20,026 bases of DNA from Candidatus Brocadiia bacterium (GTDB lineage Bacteria > Planctomycetota > Brocadiia > SM23-32), in the NCBI GenBank assembly GCA_046538485.1, contig JBKHIT010000076.1, forward strand, positions 1 to 20,026, written 5' to 3'. Below are positions 1 through 9,557 of the stretch, in pieces. The notes under the pieces were generated by a model. The model was not told the DNA's origin. It worked only from the letters and a program-made list of their open reading frames with translations, and searched no databases. Both the position numbers and the translations under genes were made by a program. How positions within the stretch are numbered: position 1 is the first letter of the stretch; each line of letters begins with the position of its first letter.

Positions 1-41
1 GCCCCACTTTTAGTTCAAATCCAAAGTTCAAAAAGCTTGTT

Positions 42-260
42 TTGGACAGGCCTGGGCTACCCCCATACAGCCCTGAACTGAACCTTATCGAATACGTCTG
101 GGGTTACCTGAAGGAAAAGGTAACGAACAACTACTACTTCGGCGAGATGGATCATTTGCTCCGGGCACTGAAAAAAGCGTGCAGGCAACTTGCTGCACCT
201 GAGAGCAAAATCCTTTCCGTGGATTTCAAAACACACAATTACTTACCTGAGGCCGCTTAG
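42..260 (+). mobile_element. IS630-family transposase, C-terminal fragment (DDE_3 end)
   Basis: Translation contains LPPYSPELNLIEYVWGYLKEK, the typical IS630/Tc1 C-terminal motif carrying the third catalytic residue (E). The TAG stop at 258-260 contains a TA, the IS630 target dinucleotide. The frame is open to the window start, but residues before LPPY do not look like typical IS630 sequence. Confidence 0.85.
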
Positions 261-277
261 CAAGCAGTACTGCCAAG

Positions 278-1384
278 ATGAGTGCGCTACAAAGTGACCT
301 CTGGCGTATGGTTGAATCGTACGGTTTGATGGATGGTAAGATCAAGAATATCAGAAAAAAGGATTCTTATGGCCTTCCCTATTTATTGCTTTTTGCACAG
401 GCGGTGGGTGGCGATCCCCAAAGCTATGTAAATTACATGAAAAAAAATCCGATAGATGCGTTTTTTTGCCTGGACGCGTTGAAGTTTCGCCGCTACGGCT
501 ACAAATACTGCAAAGAGGTAATTGAATCGATGCTGGCGAATCGTTCGTTAAGACTTGAACATTTCCTTCTCACTGCCAACCTTTTAAGGTATTTGCCTGC
601 AAATGAAGCTGTCCAACTCTGGGATAAAATATGGGATGTCGTTCCAGACGATTACCGTAACATCCATGATGAAAAGGAACGAGAGTACTGGCGGAGATTT
701 CACATGGCCCTCAGCCAAATTGCCCCTCGTCCCGTAACCCGAAAACTTTATGAAAAGAGCAAAAAAGAAGGCAAACTCGTTTCTTTTTTTAAAAGTCGCC
801 AAACGCGGGACAACGGTTGGTTACTTTACAGGTATCATCCCGATATTGCGGAATCTTTGATGAACGAAGGTCTTCAAAGCAATGAAATCTTCTACAACTC
901 ACCCTATCTCTATTGGTCTGTCCAAATGGCATTTAAGCACGCGGAAATATATGATGGTTTCATGCCACGTTATGATGAAATGCGCAGCAAGGTGAAACGA
1001 CAGGCTTTTGGGAGCAAAAATCCCGTTAAAAAAGCCAATGCGTTGAACATGTTCGTGGCGAGAAAAGAAGATGTTTCGAGATTGAAAGAATTGGTGCGGG
1101 ACCATTCGAAGGTCAAGTATTCGAAGATCCATTGGCCGCCTGACAAGAAAAAAGAGGATTATGTTGTTGCGAGGGAGGCTTTGCACACCCTTGACGACCT
1201 ACGCATTGATGAACGATCGAGGGTGTTGCGCCAGATTGCACTTGATGATGAGGTTCCCGAACCAATAGCAAAGCTGGCAAATACCATGTATGAACGCCAC
1301 GAAGGGGAGTATGCAATCAAGGCGGAGGACAAAGACAGCAACAGCAAAGGTGCCACAGGATCTAAAGAAAACGTTGAAGACTAA
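278..1384 (+). CDS. Hypothetical protein, probably alpha-helical; possibly the 3' part of a gene interrupted by the IS630
   Basis: 368-aa ORF, visibly AT-richer than downstream genes. No recognisable motif and no Shine-Dalgarno before ATG 278. The frame stays open upstream through the TA at 258-259. Confidence 0.7.
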   Translation: MSALQSDLWRMVESYGLMDGKIKNIRKKDSYGLPYLLLFAQAVGGDPQSYVNYMKKNPIDAFFCLDALKFRRYGYKYCKEVIESMLANRSLRLEHFLLTANLLRYLPANEAVQLWDKIWDVVPDDYRNIHDEKEREYWRRFHMALSQIAPRPVTRKLYEKSKKEGKLVSFFKSRQTRDNGWLLYRYHPDIAESLMNEGLQSNEIFYNSPYLYWSVQMAFKHAEIYDGFMPRYDEMRSKVKRQAFGSKNPVKKANALNMFVARKEDVSRLKELVRDHSKVKYSKIHWPPDKKKEDYVVAREALHTLDDLRIDERSRVLRQIALDDEVPEPIAKLANTMYERHEGEYAIKAEDKDSNSKGATGSKENVED

Positions 1385-1742
1385 GAGGAGCTTGAGCGGT
1401 TTTTATAAGACTGGAACTATTCTTTGAGGTTCAAGGGGGGAAAGGAATAGGAGCGGCAGAACATAAAGTGGGCCAAAAATGGATAATTTGCGGCCGGACC
1501 GAACGGGAACCAATGGCAATCACAAGTAAATGCATGATGGTCAAACCGGGAAACGATCCTCAGCGCAAAGTCCTCGGCCGGTTTGTCTTTGTAGCTCGCT
1601 CGGGTTACGATTAGAATCCCTTTGACGGCTCTTATTTGCGGTAATAATTACTCGGGCATGTTGTCGTTGCGCTCCGGGTGTCGGTCTGAGACGGGAGAAA
1701 ATTTGTAATTGTTTTGCACTAATCCTGAAGGAGTATAGCTGG

Positions 1743-3464
1743 ATGGCTTCGCATATCGTTGAACCCCACGGGGGGAGACTCATCAATTTGATGGTGGCGC
1801 AGGAGCGGGCGGACGAGCTGAAAAAAGCCTCACGAGATTGGCCCTCATGGGATCTCACGCAGCGTCAGCTCTGCGATCTGGAACTTTTGCTCAATGGGGG
1901 ATTCTCACCCCTTCAAGGTTTTCTTAAACGCGATGATTACGAGTCCGTCTGCCGTAAAATGCGACTCGCAGATGGCACGCTCTGGCCGCTGCCCATTCCC
2001 CTCGATATCCCCCGAGAACGCGCCGAGGAACTGGAATCCGGCTCGAAACTTGTCCTGCGGGATCCGGAAGGTGTGGCACTTGCGGTTCTTCACGTGGCTG
2101 AAGTCTGGGAACCTGACATCGATGAGGAGGCAGTCCAGGTCTACGGAACCGACGATCCCGCCCACGCGGGTGTGGGGTATTTGAAAGAGAGGGTTAATCC
2201 CTGTTATGTCGGCGGAGATCTCGAGGGAATTCAGCTTCCCCGTTATTTCGACTTCAAGACCTATCGTTTTACTCCGGCTGAACTGCGAAAACGATTTGCC
2301 GATCTCGGCTGGTTCCGCACGGTCGGGTTTCAGACCCGCAACCCGATGCACCGTGCCCACTTCGAACTGACCATGCGCGCGTGCCGTGATCTCGAGTCAA
2401 ATCTGCTGGTCCATCCCGTCGTGGGAAAAACAAAGCCCGGAGACGTCGACCATTACACCCGTGTGCGGTGTTATCAGGCTCTTTTGCAGCACTATCCCCA
2501 TAACACCGCGATGCTGAGCTTGCTTCCGCTGGCGATGCGAATGGCCGGTCCGCGGGAAGCCATCTGGCACGCGTTGATCCGCAAAAACTATGGTTGCAGC
2601 CACTTCATCATCGGCCGCGATCACGCCGGGCCGGGTTCTGACGCCGACGGTGAACCGTTTTACGGGCCGTACGACGCCCACGATCTTGTTGAGGAAACAG
2701 CGGACGATCTGGGGATCGAGGTGGTGACGTTCGAACACATGGTCTACGTGCCGGAAAAGGACAAATATCTGCCCGTCCCGGAAGTTCCCGCGGGAACCGA
2801 GTCAATGTACATCTCCGGCACCGAACTCCGCAGCCGACTTGCGGAGGGACGTTCGATTCCAGAATGGTTTACTTTCCCGGAAGTCGGTGAAGAACTGCGC
2901 CGGACATATCCTCCGCGGAACGAACAGGGATTCACAGTCTTCTTCACCGGTTTGCCCAGCGCGGGGAAATCCACGATTGCCAACGGGTTGATGGTGAAAC
3001 TGATGGAAATGGGTGGCCGGCCTGTTACGTTGCTCGACGGCGATATTGTGAGGAAGAACCTGTCGTCGGAACTCGGTTTCTCCCGCGAGCATCGCGGTCT
3101 CAATATTCGCCGAATCGGCTTTGTTGCCTCTGAGATCACGAAAAACGGCGGCATAGGGATCTGCGCTCCTATCGCACCTTATGCGTCGGTCCGCCAGGAG
3201 GTCAGGGAGCTAATCGAGCCACTGGGCGGGTTTATCCTGATTCATGTCGACACTCCCGTCGAAGTCTGCGAACAAAGGGATCGTAAGGGAATGTATGCGA
3301 AAGCCAGGGCCGGTATCATCGAAAACTTCACCGGTATATCGGATCCCTACGAGGTCCCGGAGAATCCGGAAGTGGTGGTTGATACCACGGAATTGACCCC
3401 AGAGGAATCCGTCCAAAAAGTCCTGCTATACCTGGAAAAAGAAGGATATGTCGGGGCGAGTTGA
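1743..3464 (+). CDS. sat: Bifunctional sulfate adenylyltransferase / adenylylsulfate kinase (Sat-CysC fusion)
   Basis: ATP sulfurylase motifs GFSPL, FQTRNPMHRAH, MRMAGPREA and IIGRDHAG. C-terminal APS kinase P-loop FTGLPSAGKST, LDGDIVR and FTGISDPYE. RBS AAGGAG upstream. Confidence 0.96.
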   Translation: MASHIVEPHGGRLINLMVAQERADELKKASRDWPSWDLTQRQLCDLELLLNGGFSPLQGFLKRDDYESVCRKMRLADGTLWPLPIPLDIPRERAEELESGSKLVLRDPEGVALAVLHVAEVWEPDIDEEAVQVYGTDDPAHAGVGYLKERVNPCYVGGDLEGIQLPRYFDFKTYRFTPAELRKRFADLGWFRTVGFQTRNPMHRAHFELTMRACRDLESNLLVHPVVGKTKPGDVDHYTRVRCYQALLQHYPHNTAMLSLLPLAMRMAGPREAIWHALIRKNYGCSHFIIGRDHAGPGSDADGEPFYGPYDAHDLVEETADDLGIEVVTFEHMVYVPEKDKYLPVPEVPAGTESMYISGTELRSRLAEGRSIPEWFTFPEVGEELRRTYPPRNEQGFTVFFTGLPSAGKSTIANGLMVKLMEMGGRPVTLLDGDIVRKNLSSELGFSREHRGLNIRRIGFVASEITKNGGIGICAPIAPYASVRQEVRELIEPLGGFILIHVDTPVEVCEQRDRKGMYAKARAGIIENFTGISDPYEVPENPEVVVDTTELTPEESVQKVLLYLEKEGYVGAS

Positions 3465-3502
3465 GTGAGTCAGAGGTGAGCAGCACAAATGCAGGAGGTA
3501 TG

Positions 3503-4531
3503 ATGAATATCCGCCAGCGAATTGCAACGGCACTGCGGGGCGAACAGCCAGACCGTGTGCCGTTTACAGCTTACGAATGGATGTGGGGCGACGAAGAAAA
3601 GGCAGATGTATTGATCGAACGCGGATTGGGACCTACACGCCATGTAGAGACCTGCCGGCGACAGGTCCCGGAGCTCCAGGTGGAGGAGGAAGTCTGGGAA
3701 GAGAATGGTCACAACTGGAGCCGGAGGATAATGCACACTCCAGCGGGGGAGCTTGAGAGAATTTCAATGGACGGGTGGACGCAGGAATATTTTGTGAAAG
3801 ACCCTGAAGACTATGAAGTTGTGGAATGGATTGCGCGGAACACCCATCTGGAAGAGAACTTCGCTGCCTTCCTGCGGGAACAAGAAGCCATGGCTGACCG
3901 GGGTATTGTGGTTGTGAGCGCCCACAGAACGCCAATCCAGGAGATTATGGTTGAGCTGACGGGCATAGAGAATTTCTGTTATCACCTAGCCGATGAGCTG
4001 GAAGAACTCGCCCGGGCTCATGAAGCTATGCTCGACCGGACTCTCCGTGAGATTGAAATCGTCGCCCGCGGCCCGGGGGAATTTGTGAAACTCTGGGAGA
4101 ATTTTACCGATGAGCCTTTCGGGCCTGACAGATTTCGCAAGTTTCACCTGCCCGTATACCAGAAAGTAGCTTCCGTACTACACGAAGAGGGCAAGATTTT
4201 GGCGGCACATACCGATGGTTGGCTTTCGAGGGTCAAAGAAATAATCCCCGATACCGGAATTGACGTGCTTGAGTCACTGACGCCTCCTTCAGAAGGGGAC
4301 GTCCCTCCAGAGGAATGGAATGAAATCTGGCCTGAAACCGTGTACTGGAGCAACATTCCGGTAAGCTGGTATCTGGAACCGGTGCCGATTTTTGCCGACC
4401 GACTACGCGTGCTTCTGGACAGAATTGGCACGCAGCGGGGTCTATTGTTTGAAATATCCGAGGACCTGCCGCGGAATTGGACAGAGAGCGTTCCGGTGGT
4501 GCTGGAAGTCCTGGAGGAATATAGCGTCTGA
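3503..4531 (+). CDS. Uroporphyrinogen decarboxylase (URO-D/MtaA-like) family protein of unknown function
   Basis: N-terminal RQRIATALRGEQPDRVP, central GIENFCYHLAD, FRKFHLPVYQK and AHTDG are typical of URO-D-like TIM barrels. Start moved from the ORF-track TTG 3461 to ATG 3503 (or 3500) because AGGAGG lies at 3493-3498. Confidence 0.7.
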   Translation: MNIRQRIATALRGEQPDRVPFTAYEWMWGDEEKADVLIERGLGPTRHVETCRRQVPELQVEEEVWEENGHNWSRRIMHTPAGELERISMDGWTQEYFVKDPEDYEVVEWIARNTHLEENFAAFLREQEAMADRGIVVVSAHRTPIQEIMVELTGIENFCYHLADELEELARAHEAMLDRTLREIEIVARGPGEFVKLWENFTDEPFGPDRFRKFHLPVYQKVASVLHEEGKILAAHTDGWLSRVKEIIPDTGIDVLESLTPPSEGDVPPEEWNEIWPETVYWSNIPVSWYLEPVPIFADRLRVLLDRIGTQRGLLFEISEDLPRNWTESVPVVLEVLEEYSV

Positions 4532-4567
4532 TGAGAATGCGGGATAGGGGCTGGCCACAATTCCATG

Positions 4568-4596
4568 TTGTCAAGATGCTACTGGCTCGCTATAAT
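4568..4596 (+). promoter_or_regulatory. Sigma70-type promoter for the pyrE-purB operon
   Basis: TTGTCA (4568-4573), 17-nt spacer, TATAAT (4591-4596), about 70 nt upstream of the pyrE ATG. Confidence 0.75.
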
Positions 4597-4665
4597 CCCT
4601 TCCCGCGGGGGATACCTCCGATCGGTCATTAATTTCCCTGACGCCTATCTGTTAAATGGAGAGTT

Positions 4666-5196
4666 ATGGATCGAAACGCGCTCGCCCAACGATTGAAGGA
4701 AGTTGCTTACATCGAAGGTGATTTTACACTTCGTAGCGGTCGGGAAAGCCACTACTTGATTGACAAATACGAATTTGAAACCAGGCCAGAGCTACTGAAT
4801 GATGTTGCGGAACAACTGGCAGAGATGGTCCCGAAAGACACAGATCGGCTGGCCGGAGTTGAGCTGGGAGGAGTGCCGCTTGTTGTTGCTGTGGCTTTGA
4901 AGACCGGGCAACCGTACGTGATTGTACGTAAGGGGGAGAAAGGGCACGGACTTGACCGGCCATACGAAGGCCAGTTCGAAGAAGGGGAGCGGGTTGTGTT
5001 AATAGAAGATGTTACGACGACGGGAGGGGCGGCGGTGCGGGCGGCGAAAATCCTTCGGGATTATGGAGCGGCGAGAGTAACCGTGCTGGTTGTTGCCGAC
5101 CGCCAGGAAGGTGGAGAAGAAGCCATTCGGGATGCCGGTTTCGGATACAAAGCGCTCTTTACCAGAGATTCACTTGGTATCGAGGCAGATCAGTGA
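4666..5196 (+). CDS. pyrE: Orotate phosphoribosyltransferase (short type)
   Basis: GDFTLRSGRESHYLID, GVELGGVPL, VRKGEKGHG and the PRPP-binding motif VLIEDVTTTGG. Confidence 0.93.
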   Translation: MDRNALAQRLKEVAYIEGDFTLRSGRESHYLIDKYEFETRPELLNDVAEQLAEMVPKDTDRLAGVELGGVPLVVAVALKTGQPYVIVRKGEKGHGLDRPYEGQFEEGERVVLIEDVTTTGGAAVRAAKILRDYGAARVTVLVVADRQEGGEEAIRDAGFGYKALFTRDSLGIEADQ

Positions 5197-6647
5197 ACGC
5201 ACAGAACAAAGATCATAAGGGAAGACTTTACAGGTCGCCTTTCGTGACCCGATGGGCCAGCGAAAAAATGCTGGAGCAGTGGGGGGACCTCAAAAAGTTC
5301 CGCCTCTGGCGAGACCTGTGGATTGCTCTCGCAGAGTCAGAGAAAGAGCTTGGTCTGGAGATTTCTGACGAAGCTATTGAGCAGATGCGGGAATACCGTG
5401 GTGATGTGGATCTGGGTCGGGCGTCAGAAATAGAAAAAGAGCTTCGTCACGATGTAATGGCCCACGTACACACCTACGGGGAACAATGTCCTGCCGCGAA
5501 AGGAATAATTCATCTGGGCGCAACCAGTTGTTTTGTGGCGGATAATGCCGACTTGATTCGCGTTCGGGAGTCGCTACAGCTTCTCATTGAGCCAATTGCG
5601 ACTGCGTGCCGCCAGCTTTCGGATTTTGCTCTCGAATACGCGGATCTTCCCTGTCTGGGGCTGACCCATTATCAGCCGGCTCAGCTCACGACGGTTGGTA
5701 AGCGGGCCTGCCTGTGGTTGCAAGATCTTGTGGGAGCTTTGAGAGATATTTCCGATATGGCCGAGAACGTGCCATTTCGAGGAGTGAAAGGAACAACAGG
5801 AACGCAGGCGAGCTATCTGGCATTGTTTGATGGTGATGAGGAAAAGGTCTGTGAGCTGGAGCAAAAAGTTGCGCAGAAAATGGGTTTCGATCGCGTGTTT
5901 CCCGTCACGGGACAAACATATCCCAGGAAGTACGATCATGAACTTCTGAGCACACTCGCATCCTTTGGAGTGGGATGTCACAAAATGGCGGCCGACATCC
6001 GACTTCTGGCCGGTGGGAAAGAGGTGGAAGAACCGTTTGGTAAAAAACAGGTTGGTTCCTCGGCGATGGCTTATAAAAGGAATCCGATGCGTTGCGAGCG
6101 AATGACGGCTCTGAGCCGTTTTCTCATAAACAACGTTCAGAACGCAGCATTTACGGGCGCGGACCAATGGATGGAACGCACGCTGGACGATTCGGCGAAC
6201 CGGCGTCTTTCCCTGGCCGAAGGTTTTCTCGCGGCCGATGCTGTCGCACAACTTGCGGCAAACATTAGCGATGGGCTCGTTGTCAATTCGGGTGTAGTGG
6301 CGGAACGAGTGGCAAAGGAGTTGCCATTTATGGCGACGGAGAATATCATTATGGCAGCCGTAAAAGCTGGCGGAGATCGCCAGAAATTGCACGAGAGAAT
6401 TCGACAGCACTCGATGGCCGCGGCCCGGCGCGTGAAAAAAGAAGGCGGCGAGAACGACCTGCTGGAGAGGATTCAAAAGGATGATACGTTCAGTGCGGTG
6501 AAAGGCCGCCTTGAGGAAATCGTTGACCCGCGGAGTTTCACTGGCCGAGCCGGACAGCAGGTTAAAGATTTTGTGCGAACAGATGTGGAGCCGACCCTGG
6601 AACGTTTTGAGGGAATCGGCGGTGAGGAAACAGAACTGAGAGTTTAA
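5193..6647 (+). CDS. purB: Adenylosuccinate lyase
   Basis: RHDVMAH, IIHLGATS, THYQPAQLTTVGKR, signature GSSAMAYKRNP and ERTLDDSANRR. GTG start overlaps the pyrE stop (GTGA). Confidence 0.96.
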   Translation: MNAQNKDHKGRLYRSPFVTRWASEKMLEQWGDLKKFRLWRDLWIALAESEKELGLEISDEAIEQMREYRGDVDLGRASEIEKELRHDVMAHVHTYGEQCPAAKGIIHLGATSCFVADNADLIRVRESLQLLIEPIATACRQLSDFALEYADLPCLGLTHYQPAQLTTVGKRACLWLQDLVGALRDISDMAENVPFRGVKGTTGTQASYLALFDGDEEKVCELEQKVAQKMGFDRVFPVTGQTYPRKYDHELLSTLASFGVGCHKMAADIRLLAGGKEVEEPFGKKQVGSSAMAYKRNPMRCERMTALSRFLINNVQNAAFTGADQWMERTLDDSANRRLSLAEGFLAADAVAQLAANISDGLVVNSGVVAERVAKELPFMATENIIMAAVKAGGDRQKLHERIRQHSMAAARRVKKEGGENDLLERIQKDDTFSAVKGRLEEIVDPRSFTGRAGQQVKDFVRTDVEPTLERFEGIGGEETELRV

Positions 6648-6685
6648 TGCTTATCTCGAATCATTGATTATCACGGAGGTCGGAT

Positions 6686-7957
6686 ATGGGAAGTTACGGA
6701 ACCCCGAGCGGCGATGGCGACGGAAATAAAATGTTGTGGGGTTGTTGCGGAGGTTGTGCTGGATTGCTGGCGATAATAATGGTTGTTGTCGGGGCTTTCC
6801 TTTATTCATTTGCCCGCCCCCGGCCCGAGGTCAGACCGGAGACTTTTTTGACGTCAGAAGCGGATGCTTTTGCTATCGGACGCATCAGTCCCGATGATGA
6901 ATGGGTTAAGGCCCCCTTGAAAAAGTTCGCTGAAAATCCTCCAGAAAGCCTGGAACTCGACGAGAGTGCGAAAAAGCAGTTGAAAGAGCATTCAGGGGAG
7001 TTCCATAAGAACCTAGGACACTTTTCACCGGCTCAGTTCGTCCTGCTGGTAAAGCATAAAGGAAAAGTAACTGCTTCTGAGAAAGAGGACAAAAAGGCAT
7101 CGTCGGCAGAAAGCGCGGAAAAATCTGCGGAATCTGATCCCCCAAAAAGTGAGGAATCCGAAGAGGTTGAAAAGCCCAGAACGGCTTCCGATCAGGAGCC
7201 GTTCGATAAAGCGGTTGTGTTCTCGGTTTGGCCCCAGCGTTTTATGGGGCGCTTGATGGTGGGGTTTGTGCGTTTGGTGGTGAACAAATCGATTGGCAAA
7301 ACGCCTGAACAAAACGGGGAAATTGTTAAGTACAACGGACTGAAAATTGCTGTCACAAAAAAGGGCAAAGCATTCAGTCAAAAGGGCAACAACTTCATGA
7401 TGTCCGATGATCCAGAGACGATTAAAACGTGGCATGACCAGCTGGTGGCCCGTCTCAAAGCCAAAGATAAGGACAAGTTTGAATACAGTGGTCCAGCCAA
7501 CCTCAAGTGGATGTACGGCCAGCTAGATCCGGAAGCGCCCATTGTGTTTGCAAGTACAAATAAGCATGGGGAGATAAAACGGTTTCTGACATCAGTAAAA
7601 CAGATGAAGTCGAGCGGCGATAACAAGGAAGCGCAGGAGAAACTCAAAAAGACAGCCGAACGTTTGTTAGGGACCAGGATTGTTTCGAACAACGTTGAGA
7701 GCGTGGGCGGTCAGGCGCAGTTGGTGGACCCTGATACCGTACGGGTGGAGTTTTATTGCAAGTGCCACGGAAAAGAATTTGCCAAAGGGCTGTCCGAAGA
7801 CCTCCAAAAAGCTTTCAAGGCGGCCACGGAAGATTGGAAAAGTACGAATGTTGACGCCAGCCGGACAAATACCCTTGTCAAAATAAAGATCGTCAAACAG
7901 GGATTCCAGAAAGCGTTACAGAAGGCTTTAGAAAAGTCCCAGAAGGAAAGTCAGTGA
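6686..7957 (+). CDS. Hypothetical membrane-anchored protein
   Basis: 423-aa ORF with RBS GGAGG. Cys/Gly-rich WGCCGGCAG precedes one hydrophobic segment (LLAIIMVVVGAFLYSF). The body is Lys-rich with a Ser/Glu/Lys low-complexity insert. Confidence 0.8.
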   Translation: MGSYGTPSGDGDGNKMLWGCCGGCAGLLAIIMVVVGAFLYSFARPRPEVRPETFLTSEADAFAIGRISPDDEWVKAPLKKFAENPPESLELDESAKKQLKEHSGEFHKNLGHFSPAQFVLLVKHKGKVTASEKEDKKASSAESAEKSAESDPPKSEESEEVEKPRTASDQEPFDKAVVFSVWPQRFMGRLMVGFVRLVVNKSIGKTPEQNGEIVKYNGLKIAVTKKGKAFSQKGNNFMMSDDPETIKTWHDQLVARLKAKDKDKFEYSGPANLKWMYGQLDPEAPIVFASTNKHGEIKRFLTSVKQMKSSGDNKEAQEKLKKTAERLLGTRIVSNNVESVGGQAQLVDPDTVRVEFYCKCHGKEFAKGLSEDLQKAFKAATEDWKSTNVDASRTNTLVKIKIVKQGFQKALQKALEKSQKESQ

Positions 7958-8216
7958 TAGCCCGTTCTATTTGCGGAGCGGTTCCTATCGGTCGTTCTGG
8001 CTGTCCGATGGCCTCTGGTGTATTAATCTTGCTTTCCTGCTTTTTTTGATTAGGTTTTGCGGGTCAGGACTACCAACGGCCCGGGCTAAATGCCCGTCCG
8101 GTCTGCGGCCTTTCGCTTTCATTTTGGTCGCTATCAATCCCCCTCCTGGATAGGCTTATGTTTCGGGGCGGATATCGTTTTTTATTGAGCGGAGCAAAAC
8201 CGCTGAAAGCACATTT

Positions 8217-9557
8217 ATGGTTGCGGAGAATTATCAGCAGGCTCGCGTGGCAATTATAAGTCTTGGGTGTGCCAAGAACCTCATCGATTCAGAACATATA
8301 GCATCTCTGCTTGAGGACACGGGTGTAGAGGTTTGCAGCGATCCTGCGGCGGCGCAGGTTGCAATTGTGAACACATGTGGTTTCATCGATATTGCGAAAG
8401 AAGAGTCGATCGAGGTTATACTCGAAGCGGCTGCGATGAAAAAAACGAGCGATCTTCACCGGCTCATTGTGACGGGATGTCTATCGGAACGCTACGGTGA
8501 GGAGCTAAGAGAATCGCTCCCGGAAGCGGACATTTTGCTGGGAATTGACCCCCATGGCGCGGCACGAGCTGCCCTCTGGGCTCTTGGGAAAGGGGATGTT
8601 TTGCCGTCCCGTTGCAATATGCGGGCGTGCCGGTTTACTCCACGAGCCTGGACTTATTTGCGCATAGCGGAAGGGTGCAGTAACCGGTGTTCCTATTGTG
8701 CGATTCCGGATATTCGTGGGCCGCTTGTGAGTCGCCCCATGGGCGAAATCCTTGATGAAGCCGAAGGGCTACTGGAATCCGGCGTGCGCGAATTGAATAT
8801 TATAGCGCAGGATACGACAGCTTACGGTCAGGACGAAGGTGATCCAAGGCTGCATGAATTGCTGCAGACGCTCGCATGGATGGACTCGGGGCACTGGATC
8901 CGACTGCTCTACACGCACCCGGCTCATTACTACCCGCAGTTGATAGATGTCCTGGCCGGGGAGGAGAGCATTTGCCCTTACCTCGATATCCCGTTTCAGC
9001 ATATCAGTAATCCTGTTTTGGAACGGATGGGGCGAAACGTTTCACGCATGGGAATTCAGAAACTACTGGACACTTTGCGTGACCGGATATCAAATCTCGT
9101 CCTGAGAACAACCTTTATTGTTGGGTTTCCCGGGGAAACGGAAGAGGATTTCACGGAACTTCTCGACTTTGTGCGGGAACAGCGTTTCGATCGTATGGGT
9201 GTTTTCCGGTATTCCTGCGAGGACGAGACGCCGGCTGGAAGGTTTGAGAATCAGGTTCCCGAAGATGTGAAACAGGAGCGCTATGATGAACTTATGCATT
9301 TACAGATGGAAATCGCCTTTGAAAAAGCATCTGAGCGTATAGGGGAGAGTGTAAAAGTATTGGTAGAGCCCACCGAGTTGCATCCTGAGAAAACCCCGTG
9401 GGGTCGCAGCCGCTGGGAAGCGCCGGATGTTGATCCCATCATTTTCCTCCAGGACACCCCCGGTTTGCAGGACGGAGAAATGGTTGATGCGAAAATCATG
9501 GACAGCCGGGACTATGACTGCGTGGCGCGTGTTTTGGAAGGAGAAAGTGAGTGCTGA
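8217..9557 (+). CDS. rimO: Ribosomal protein S12 methylthiotransferase
   Basis: SLGCAKNLIDSE, NTCGFIDIAKEES, radical SAM CxxxCxxC (CSNRCSYC), IAQDTTAYG, IVGFPGETEEDF and C-terminal APDVD in a TRAM-like domain. Confidence 0.95.
   Translation: MVAENYQQARVAIISLGCAKNLIDSEHIASLLEDTGVEVCSDPAAAQVAIVNTCGFIDIAKEESIEVILEAAAMKKTSDLHRLIVTGCLSERYGEELRESLPEADILLGIDPHGAARAALWALGKGDVLPSRCNMRACRFTPRAWTYLRIAEGCSNRCSYCAIPDIRGPLVSRPMGEILDEAEGLLESGVRELNIIAQDTTAYGQDEGDPRLHELLQTLAWMDSGHWIRLLYTHPAHYYPQLIDVLAGEESICPYLDIPFQHISNPVLERMGRNVSRMGIQKLLDTLRDRISNLVLRTTFIVGFPGETEEDFTELLDFVREQRFDRMGVFRYSCEDETPAGRFENQVPEDVKQERYDELMHLQMEIAFEKASERIGESVKVLVEPTELHPEKTPWGRSRWEAPDVDPIIFLQDTPGLQDGEMVDAKIMDSRDYDCVARVLEGESEC

Noticed and set aside
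1622..1650. TTGACG ... TAATAAT possible promoter for sat
   Set aside because: Good -35, but no -10 with both correct spacing and consensus, so too weak to call.
5574..6476. 300-aa minus-strand ORF
   Set aside because: Antisense shadow of purB with no recognisable motif.
7971..8153. 60-aa TTG-start ORF between the hypothetical gene and rimO
   Set aside because: No RBS or motif and T-rich; more likely the promoter/leader region of the rimO operon.
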